A stretch of DNA of 28,703 nt from Candidatus Babeliales bacterium (GTDB lineage Bacteria; Babelota; Babeliae; Babelales; Vermiphilaceae): assembly GCA_044451405.1 (NCBI GenBank), contig JBIOKB010000010.1:1-28703 (forward strand), given 5' to 3'. The position numbers and the translations under genes are program-made. The first letter of the stretch is position 1. Each line of letters opens with the position of its first letter. The notes beneath the pieces were generated by a model, which was not told the DNA's origin, made no database searches, and saw only the letters and a program-made list of their open reading frames with translations. Shown in pieces: positions 17,342-25,167 of this stretch.

Positions 17342-18475
17342 ATGCATATAATACGTAAAACAGGAGACTATGAAAAGATAGGATCTCTAAACCACTTTAT
17401 CCCGTCCCCGCTCCCTCCATCAAATCCGCCTCTTCAATTAACCTCTACAATTATTGATTTGTATGGTAAAGCCATGCACCAATTAGGGAGATTGAATGAA
17501 ATGGCGCAACGCATTCCTGATAGCAATCGATTTTTAAAAGCATATGTTACTAAAGAAGCACTTTTATCATCTGAAATTGAGGGAATACACACCACTCTTA
17601 TTGATGTATTTAGTGTGGAACAAAATTTAGAAAAACCTAATAAAGATACGCAGCTCGTGCTTAACTATAGCAATGCACTGTACCACTCATTAGAGCTCAT
17701 TCAGGAATTGCCTATCAGTTCACGCGTACTTCGCCAAGCACACGACATACTTCTTTCAGGAGGCGAGGGAGATAAAATGTCGCCTGGTGAATTTAGAAAA
17801 CAATCGGTGCGGGTCGGCAATCTCGTTCCACCACCCGCTCCTGCTGTTCCCCAATTAATGGGCGATTTAGAACAATTTATTAACACAGACACGTCGATTC
17901 CACCCTTGATTAAAGCTGGGCTTGCTCACGTACAATTTGAAACGATCCATCCATTTCTCGATGGGAATGGGAGAATAGGTAGACTTCTTATTATTTTGAT
18001 GCTGATTAATGATAACATCATTAGCAAACCGCTGTTATACCCTTCGTATTTTTTTAAAAAGCATCACGCAGAATACTACAAACGCTTAGATGAAGTACGC
18101 GTATCTGGCAATTTTGAAGAGTGGATACTTTATTATTTACAAGCAATTGCTGAATCGGCACATGATGCATGGCTGCGCGCAACTGATATCGAAGCACTAG
18201 AAACAGCCATTGAAAAACAAATCATATCGCATAATTTTATTGCAAAAACCCGTGAAGATGCGCTCAACTTTTTAAAATTGCTATTTCAGAATCCAATTAT
18301 TGGGGTTAATGGAGCTGCAGCCGTCCTTAACAGAAGTTACAACACCGCAAATAAGTTGATTCATACATTTATTGATTTGAAAATACTGCAACCATCTTCT
18401 AGAACAAAGCGGGACAAGATTTATATTTTTGATCCATATCTGAAATTATTAAATAAAAATTATAGGTCTAAATAA
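17342..18475 (+). CDS. Fic family protein (class II, auto-inhibited) with a probable C-terminal winged-HTH
   Basis: Intact HPFLDGNGRIGR motif. N-terminal inhibitory SSEIEG. C-terminal LFQNPIIGVNGAAAVLNRSYNTANKLIHTFIDLKIL has an HTH pattern. Confidence 0.95.
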   Translation: MHIIRKTGDYEKIGSLNHFIPSPLPPSNPPLQLTSTIIDLYGKAMHQLGRLNEMAQRIPDSNRFLKAYVTKEALLSSEIEGIHTTLIDVFSVEQNLEKPNKDTQLVLNYSNALYHSLELIQELPISSRVLRQAHDILLSGGEGDKMSPGEFRKQSVRVGNLVPPPAPAVPQLMGDLEQFINTDTSIPPLIKAGLAHVQFETIHPFLDGNGRIGRLLIILMLINDNIISKPLLYPSYFFKKHHAEYYKRLDEVRVSGNFEEWILYYLQAIAESAHDAWLRATDIEALETAIEKQIISHNFIAKTREDALNFLKLLFQNPIIGVNGAAAVLNRSYNTANKLIHTFIDLKILQPSSRTKRDKIYIFDPYLKLLNKNYRSK

Positions 18476-18547
18476 CACTTCCAAATACAAAATCTACTGT
18501 TACACTGATTTTATACACACAATGGTTCAAACACAGGTTCATTTTCC

Positions 18548-19450
18548 ATGTTCTCTTTTATCAAAAATCAGCTACACAAAATCTATTCCCAAGTTACTTC
18601 AAAGCTAACTTCTCTTTTTTCACGTTCATCCATTGATGCCCAAACACTCAAAGAGCTTGAAGAGCTGTTAATTCAAGCAGACACTGGTGTACCAACTACC
18701 CGCACCATCTTAGCCTCACTCAAAAAACAAGTTGCCGATGGCACCATTGCAAAAGGGACTGATTTGCACCAGGCACTGCGCATCCAACTGAATGCACTGC
18801 TCACAAATACGAAAGCAGTGCCAATAAACATGACAGACAAGCTTGTCTATCTCTTAGTTGGCATTAACGGCAGTGGCAAAACAACGTTTGCCAGTAAGTT
18901 AGCCTACAAATACGCACACGAAGGCAAAAGAGTATTGCTCGTAGCAGCCGACACTTTCCGCGCTGCAGCTACACAACAGCTTGCTACATGGGCTGAACGT
19001 ACCAACACGGCACTTGTTGTCGGAACTCCCGGGCAAGATCCTGCGTCTGTAGTGTTTGCTGGTTGTGAGCGCTTTATGGCCGCACCGTTTGATGTACTCA
19101 TTATTGATACGGCAGGACGCTTGCAAACAAAAGTTAATTTGATGAAAGAGCTCGAAAAAATTAAAAAAAATATTGTACGTTTGTTGCCGCACGCATCTAT
19201 CTGCACCGTACTCACTATTGATGCAATGCTTGGTCAAAATTCTCTTGAACAAGCACGCTTATTTCATGAAAGCACCAACCTTGATGGCATCGTGCTTACC
19301 AAAATGGATGGCACTGGCAAAGGGGGCATTGTATTTGCTATTGTACAAGAACTACACATTCCTATTATATACCTATCGTTTGGCGAACAGATGGAACAGT
19401 GTAAACTATTTAATGCAACTGAATATGTAGATGAATTATTAGGAAAATAA
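18548..19450 (+). CDS. ftsY: SRP receptor FtsY (NG domain only)
   Basis: LEELLIQADTG, GINGSGKTT, ADTFRAAA, DTAGRLQ, TKMDGTGKGG and GE motifs. Confidence 0.97.
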   Translation: MFSFIKNQLHKIYSQVTSKLTSLFSRSSIDAQTLKELEELLIQADTGVPTTRTILASLKKQVADGTIAKGTDLHQALRIQLNALLTNTKAVPINMTDKLVYLLVGINGSGKTTFASKLAYKYAHEGKRVLLVAADTFRAAATQQLATWAERTNTALVVGTPGQDPASVVFAGCERFMAAPFDVLIIDTAGRLQTKVNLMKELEKIKKNIVRLLPHASICTVLTIDAMLGQNSLEQARLFHESTNLDGIVLTKMDGTGKGGIVFAIVQELHIPIIYLSFGEQMEQCKLFNATEYVDELLGK

Positions 19451-19458
19451 AAGGTGTA

Positions 19459-20382
19459 ATGAAGCTAAAACAACCAATTTCTACTTCCACTCTTTTTACT
19501 GATGTTGATACACAACTGCGCACGGTATATCCTGATCCAATACTGTGTGAGCAATACACCTGGTGGACGCTTGAAGCAGTTACCGGTAAAAACAAAGCAC
19601 AGTTGTTAACTCACACTATTACTCTCACCGAGCACCAGCAGGAAAAGCTCGCAACTTGGTTGCATGCACTGGTGCATGAACACATGCCCATACAATATCT
19701 CATTGGCTCAGTACCGTTTAACAATTGTGATATTGTAGTTGAGACACCCATTCTGATTCCGCGACCTGAGACAGAAGAATGGTGCTCTAATCTTATTACA
19801 CAACTAAAACAAAACGATATTACAACATTCACACTTCTTGATCTGTGTTCTGGCACGGGCTGCATTGCTATCGCACTTGCAAAAGCATTTCCCCATGCGC
19901 AGATTTACGCTGCTGATATTAATCCACAGGCAGTTAGCCTGAGTAAAAAAAATGCAGAACACAATAACTGCAATAACATAACGGTTATCGAATCAGATCT
20001 TTTTAACAGCATTCCTGCACACCTGCGCTTTGATCTCATTGTTGCAAATCCACCATATATTGATCCTGCTGATGAACCTACTCTTGATAGCTCAGTTACG
20101 CAGTGGGAAGATCCACGCGCGTTGTTCGCCGCAAATCATGGGCTTGCAATCACTCAAAAAATTATTGAGCAGTCATCAGTCTGGTTAACCGATAATAAAG
20201 AAATGCGGGCAGCGCGCATCCCTCAACTCATGATTGAAATTGATTGCACACAAGCAGATGCGGTGACTACACTCATGTACAAGAATAATTTTACTGAAAG
20301 TACCATCCACAAAGATCTTGAAGGCAAGGATCGTGTTATCAGCGGAAGACTCAGTAATGTGGCCGTTCCCCACCATTTCTAA
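19459..20382 (+). CDS. prmC: Release factor glutamine methyltransferase PrmC/HemK
   Basis: PIQYLIG, LIPRPETE, LDLCSGTGCIA, NPPY and KDLEGKDRV. Confidence 0.96.
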   Translation: MKLKQPISTSTLFTDVDTQLRTVYPDPILCEQYTWWTLEAVTGKNKAQLLTHTITLTEHQQEKLATWLHALVHEHMPIQYLIGSVPFNNCDIVVETPILIPRPETEEWCSNLITQLKQNDITTFTLLDLCSGTGCIAIALAKAFPHAQIYAADINPQAVSLSKKNAEHNNCNNITVIESDLFNSIPAHLRFDLIVANPPYIDPADEPTLDSSVTQWEDPRALFAANHGLAITQKIIEQSSVWLTDNKEMRAARIPQLMIEIDCTQADAVTTLMYKNNFTESTIHKDLEGKDRVISGRLSNVAVPHHF

Positions 20383-21079
20383 TAACGTACTTGCTATTAC
20401 CTGCACCCCACAAGAACTCACCTGCAGCCTTATACGTCCTACACGCATTGCGCGCCGGTATGAACTCTATGCCCATTATTGCTACCCTCTAAAGCATTAT
20501 GAATTGGAACAGTTAATACTCTTTAATCCAACAACGCTGTACACGTACGTACAGGAAATTATAACTAAACACCGTCTTGCCAATAGCACCTGCGTAGTAG
20601 CATTACAAGGACCAAGCATTACCCAACGCATCATAACCAGTAATCAATCACCGCCGTTGTATCATCAGATTGCTGATCCGCGTCTAAAAAATATGCAGTG
20701 GGATTACTATTATCTGTACCCTGAAGATGATGGACAGGCTGCATGGTACGTAGCAGGCATCAAACATGCACTCATAATCCAATGGAAACTTCTTTTTTCT
20801 CGACTTCCTGTCCATCTTACCGGCATTACTACTGATTCAATGGCACTGTTATATGCATATAAGCATCTGTATGGCTCTGCATTTAGGTCGACGCAATCCG
20901 CCATCGACATAAAAAAATTAATGGGAAGTTCTTTCCATGGATTACTCAGTCATGAGCTCATGCGACGCGCTCTTGCTCTTAACTCATCACTTGCAAATTC
21001 AATGTTACATACATCACCTGCCGTTACAACAGCACTCGGTCTTTTTTTATTAGGACGTACTGCATATGAAACCAATTAA
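20357..21079 (+). CDS. Divergent, shortened PilM/GspL-cytoplasmic-like protein
   Basis: VVALQGPSITQRII, QWDYYYL, YVAGIKHALIIQWKLLFSRLPVHLTGITTDSMAL and C-terminal TALGLFL follow the PilM pattern. Lies directly before a PilN-like gene. Start uncertain (20357 preferred). Confidence 0.55.
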   Translation: MWPFPTISNNVLAITCTPQELTCSLIRPTRIARRYELYAHYCYPLKHYELEQLILFNPTTLYTYVQEIITKHRLANSTCVVALQGPSITQRIITSNQSPPLYHQIADPRLKNMQWDYYYLYPEDDGQAAWYVAGIKHALIIQWKLLFSRLPVHLTGITTDSMALLYAYKHLYGSAFRSTQSAIDIKKLMGSSFHGLLSHELMRRALALNSSLANSMLHTSPAVTTALGLFLLGRTAYETN

Positions 21080-21587
21080 TTTTATTAACCCGATACCTCC
21101 TGCAACCCATCGCGCACTCACACGATTCATGCGTTACACGTTGCTTGCAACGAGTGTATTTCTGATCATTATAGCAAGCATCACAGTACATCAACTGCAA
21201 CGCCTATACAGTATTAAACAGCACGTTACAACATTAAGAACGCACTGCGCACGTTTTAATAAGGCGCTGAAACACCAACAAGAGCTCACTGTACAGGAAC
21301 AGGAATTACACAACAAGCTCACTACAATCACTATGCTCCGCACAAAACAGGTATCACCCCATACGTGCATACAGGCTCTGCATGCCCATATCCCGCTAAC
21401 AGCATCCCTACACACCATTACACTTCATGCTCCGACCATTACGTGCAGTATGCAGTGCAAAGATCCACGCACAGCACACCACTACACACAAGCATTGCTT
21501 AAAACGGGAATATGTACTGCTACACGCATCACTGAAATGCGCAGTCAGGCGCACGCATATCAGGCAACGCTTGAATTGACGTGTTAA
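21066..21587 (+). CDS. PilN-like membrane protein
   Basis: N-terminal INFINP (cf. INLLP), single TM helix, coiled coil, then a ferredoxin-like pattern (ALHAHIPLTASLHTITL). Confidence 0.6.
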   Translation: MKPINFINPIPPATHRALTRFMRYTLLATSVFLIIIASITVHQLQRLYSIKQHVTTLRTHCARFNKALKHQQELTVQEQELHNKLTTITMLRTKQVSPHTCIQALHAHIPLTASLHTITLHAPTITCSMQCKDPRTAHHYTQALLKTGICTATRITEMRSQAHAYQATLELTC

Positions 21588-21642
21588 ATTCCAGATACCT
21601 GGTACACTAATGGTTCTATTAAACCATCATAGTTAAAAACCC

Positions 21643-23505
21643 ATGCAAAAAATAAAACAATTACCGCCACACGAAGCACAAAAAATTGCTGCCGGTGAAG
21701 TGGTTGAACGCCCTACAAACGTTATAAAAGAACTTATTGAAAATGCCATTGATGCTGGGGCTACACACATTATAGTGAGTCTTGAACATGCTGGCAGTAC
21801 ACGCATTACCATTACTGATAATGGATGCGGGATGTCTCAAGAAGATGCACGCTTATGCATCGCACAATATGCTACCAGCAAAATTAGCTGTGTTAATGAT
21901 TTAGAAACTATCGCCACCTTTGGATTCCGTGGTGAAGCACTTGCAAGCATCGCAGCAGTAAGCCGTATGAGTATTCACACAAAAGAAATTGATACTCAGC
22001 AGGGTATCGCATTAACCATTGAACAAGGCGCCATTGTGCATCAAGAACCAGTCGCATGCAATACCGGAACCACCATACACATACATGATCTTTTTTATAA
22101 TGTTCCTGCACGCAAAAAATTTTTAAAAAAGAAAGAAACTGAATGGCGTTGTATACAACAACTCTTTCAGGCATTTTGCTTAGATCATCTTTCAGTTCAC
22201 TTTACCCTCGAACATGATGGGCGCACTGCATATAACTGCCCGTCAGTTAGCTCTTTACACGAACGAGTGACTCAACTCTGGGACCATGCAATTTCCAATC
22301 AGATGATTTCTCTCAACGTAGAAAATCAATCACATGCTATACGCGTGCACGGGATTATTTCACACCATCAGTACGGTAGATACGATCGTTCTGCACTCTT
22401 TGTTTTTGTAAATAAACGGTGGATAAAAAATCACGCACTCACCAAAGCGCTCCTTAAAGGCTACGCAAACGTGATACCAACTGATCGCTACCCAGCAGCG
22501 TGTATTCACATAGATGTTGATCCTCGATCTGTTGATATTAATATTCATCCACGCAAAGAAGAGGTGCAATTTATACACCCGCGTGTTGTTGAACAGTTGA
22601 TTCAAAGTGGCGTTAAGCAAGCACTGGAAGAACATTTGTCAGCACAACTTAATAAACAGGTTACGTTTGCTCAACCCGAAGCAACCTATACACCAAGCGT
22701 AATGACACACAGTGCACCACTTCTTACTAAACCCGTCTTCGCTTATCCGGGTCTTCAGGACTCGGCAAGCTCCGTCGGGCTGGCGCCCTATCACCCACTT
22801 CCAGCGTACACACTAACCCCCGTTCGTCCTGAGCTTATCGAAGGATATGGACGGACTTTACAAGCGAACGAACAACAAGCAACAATCATTAACGACACTG
22901 CTAAAATTCAAGAATACGAAGTGTCTTTTACTATTATTGGCCAGTATCACAACACCTACATTCTCATTGAGCAAGAAAACGGCCTTTTTATGATTGACCA
23001 ACATGCAGCCCATGAGCGCATTTTATACGAACAATTTGCACAACGGTTTGATAACGTACCAACTATCAACCTGCTCTTCCCACAGATCGTACAACTCTCC
23101 GAGCAAGAGATAACAAACCTAGAAAAGCATACTGATCTGTTTGCACGCAATGGCATTATAGTAGAACGTTTTGGCACTAACCAAATGATTGTGCAATCAG
23201 TGCCCGTACACTGCAAAACTATGTCCTGTGAGGAATTATTGCGTAATGTAGCGAGCTGGATTGGCGAGCATCGTGATGGAGATGAACAACAGCTTTTTAA
23301 AGTAGTTAATGAAAAATTACATACACAAATGGCATGCAAAGCTGCTATAAAAGCTGGTGATCAATTAAGCATTGAACAAATGCGGCAATTGATTACGGAT
23401 CTTAATAAAACGGAACATAGATTCAGTTGTCCTCATGGCAGGCCAACAGGATGGCTGTTATCGTTAACTGAGATTGAAAAGCATTTTAAGCGAGATTATC
23501 GATAG
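21643..23505 (+). CDS. mutL: DNA mismatch repair endonuclease MutL
   Basis: IAAGEVVERP, KELIENAIDAGA, GFRGEALASI, DINIHPRK, endonuclease motif DQHAAHERILYE, ACK and CPHGRP. Confidence 0.98.
   Translation: MQKIKQLPPHEAQKIAAGEVVERPTNVIKELIENAIDAGATHIIVSLEHAGSTRITITDNGCGMSQEDARLCIAQYATSKISCVNDLETIATFGFRGEALASIAAVSRMSIHTKEIDTQQGIALTIEQGAIVHQEPVACNTGTTIHIHDLFYNVPARKKFLKKKETEWRCIQQLFQAFCLDHLSVHFTLEHDGRTAYNCPSVSSLHERVTQLWDHAISNQMISLNVENQSHAIRVHGIISHHQYGRYDRSALFVFVNKRWIKNHALTKALLKGYANVIPTDRYPAACIHIDVDPRSVDINIHPRKEEVQFIHPRVVEQLIQSGVKQALEEHLSAQLNKQVTFAQPEATYTPSVMTHSAPLLTKPVFAYPGLQDSASSVGLAPYHPLPAYTLTPVRPELIEGYGRTLQANEQQATIINDTAKIQEYEVSFTIIGQYHNTYILIEQENGLFMIDQHAAHERILYEQFAQRFDNVPTINLLFPQIVQLSEQEITNLEKHTDLFARNGIIVERFGTNQMIVQSVPVHCKTMSCEELLRNVASWIGEHRDGDEQQLFKVVNEKLHTQMACKAAIKAGDQLSIEQMRQLITDLNKTEHRFSCPHGRPTGWLLSLTEIEKHFKRDYR
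22732..22779. repeat. 48-bp palindromic element A, in frame in the mutL linker
   Basis: GC-rich CCCGTCTTCGCT-[hairpin CCGGGTCTTCAGGACTCGG]-AGCTCCGTCGGG; encodes PVFAYPGLQDSASSVG. Confidence 0.6.
22819..22854. repeat. 36-bp palindromic element B, in frame in the mutL linker
   Basis: CCCGTTCGTCCTGAGCTTATCGAAGGATATGGACGG with stems CCGTTC/GGACGG and TCCT/AGGA; encodes PVRPELIEGYGR. Confidence 0.7.
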
Positions 23506-23627
23506 CCTCCATAATAGGTGTTAGGTTTAGCAAAGAATATTGACTTTATCTGACCATAAAAGCTTATCCTGAATCATTATCTAACATGATGCACTAGCAA
23601 ATTAAAAATTATAAGAGGGTGTTTTAT

Positions 23628-24878
23628 ATGCGTATATATAACGCAATTGTTTTAGCTATGATAATGATAACGGTGAGTTCATTAGTAGGGCGTGCGCCAT
23701 CACAAGAACACCAAAATAGATGTGATAAACGTTTAATTGATGCTATTGGTACCAATAGCATCTCAAAAGTTAAACGGGCATTGAGTCATAGTCCTAATGT
23801 AAATTGTGTTATTGATGTCTATGTAGATAATGCTCACGCAGCATATAGACGTTTGCAAAAAACAACACCGCTTATTTTAGCTCTTGAAGGCCACTGGTCT
23901 GGTGGTCCTGCTGATTCTCGCATTATTAAGCTTCTTATCCACAAAGGAGCTGATGTTAATGGCTCTCATGAAGTTGAAGAAACAGTTTTAGGCGCAGCAG
24001 TGCGTTATCTTAATGGATCGGAAGAACATCTAGAGGTTTTCCGACTATTGTTATCCAAAGGTGCTGATGTTAATAAGGCAAACAAACAGGGACTTTTTCC
24101 TTTGAATATTGCAATAGGTAATCTCAAGCCTAAGCTCGTACGGATCTTATTAGAATATCCGCATGCGGTGCACGTTATTGAAGATGCATGGACAGTAGTC
24201 GAACGTATGCAGCTTCAAGCTCCTGAGCAAGTAGCTGAAATAGCGGGTATGCTCAGTGTGTATAGCATTCGGCATGGAATAGTTCTAAAGAATAGGATTG
24301 AAAAACCGATACTGCCAGTACCAGCTACTGCTGAAGTTCCTGCTGTGCGATCACAAGAGAATCGACCGGTTGTTCATGTTGAGCAGTATATACCAAGCGA
24401 TGATCGTGCAATGAAATGCGATGCGCCTCAAGCATGTGGCAATACTATGCAGCAAGCCGCGGCTGTTACACCCACATCGCAGTACAAAAATCCTCCAGTA
24501 TCAAAATCGCATGTGATAATTCCAACTAAAGAATGTGCACCATGCAAAGAGCTTACAGACATTTTTGTTTGTAAAGATATCCCATTTTGGGAGATTGACT
24601 ATTCAAAAGCGATACACGTACCTGCACAGGAGCCTATAGATTGGCATGAAATTTTTGGTTGCAAATCTATACAATCACAACTGCACGAAATATTCAGGGA
24701 GCAAACAGATACTGCAGAGTGCGATCAGATGACAACTCCTCCATCGTATTTAACTGAAGATGCTACGTATGCTCCCATTATTAAAGAATTTGTACCGTGC
24801 AAAGAACTTATAGATGCTCTTTCTTGTGAAGATGCATCCATAAGTGGAGAACAGTGGCTCTCGTATCTCAATCAATAA
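23628..24878 (+). CDS. Signal-peptide ankyrin-repeat protein with a Cys-containing repeated C-terminal region
   Basis: GAGGG RBS then ATG 23628; signal peptide. TTPLILA...LLIHKGADVN, TVLGAAV...LLLSKGADVN and FPLNIAI...ILLE are ankyrin repeats. Confidence 0.9.
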   Translation: MRIYNAIVLAMIMITVSSLVGRAPSQEHQNRCDKRLIDAIGTNSISKVKRALSHSPNVNCVIDVYVDNAHAAYRRLQKTTPLILALEGHWSGGPADSRIIKLLIHKGADVNGSHEVEETVLGAAVRYLNGSEEHLEVFRLLLSKGADVNKANKQGLFPLNIAIGNLKPKLVRILLEYPHAVHVIEDAWTVVERMQLQAPEQVAEIAGMLSVYSIRHGIVLKNRIEKPILPVPATAEVPAVRSQENRPVVHVEQYIPSDDRAMKCDAPQACGNTMQQAAAVTPTSQYKNPPVSKSHVIIPTKECAPCKELTDIFVCKDIPFWEIDYSKAIHVPAQEPIDWHEIFGCKSIQSQLHEIFREQTDTAECDQMTTPPSYLTEDATYAPIIKEFVPCKELIDALSCEDASISGEQWLSYLNQ

Positions 24879-25039
24879 TTACGCCACAGACCGTAGCGAA
24901 TCAATGAAAATCCACACTTTATCATATAGAGAGCACAACATGCCAGGATAATACGCAAGACGAACGTACCAATAGCAATGGCAAGTAAAATAGAACCAAC
25001 AATAATAAGCACATTGCCAACGATAACCTGATGACGCAT
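24872..25039 (-). CDS. Small hydrophobic membrane protein (55 aa)
   Basis: Not in the track. GAAAGGA RBS, then MRHQVIVGNVLIIVGSILLAIAIGTFVLRIILACCALYMIKCGFSLIRYGLWRNY*. Confidence 0.7.
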   Translation of the reverse strand: MRHQVIVGNVLIIVGSILLAIAIGTFVLRIILACCALYMIKCGFSLIRYGLWRNY

Positions 25040-25167
25040 AGAATCCTTTCAAATAAACAACCGCAATTACCACAATGTAACTTTCTTGCGTAAAAAAATA
25101 AAACGATATAGAAATAATACAATCCAAATAGTCTATGAAGCTTTAGTATTATCAAAGGAGAATGTAC

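Noticed and set aside
17334-17342. A9 run between the fic SD and start codon as a phase-variation switch
   Set aside because: Such runs are common in AT-rich DNA, and there is no evidence of length variation from a single sequence.
17144-17347. 67-aa minus-strand ORF
   Set aside because: It is merely the translation of the palindrome array (repeated YFKN..FFEI), with no RBS.
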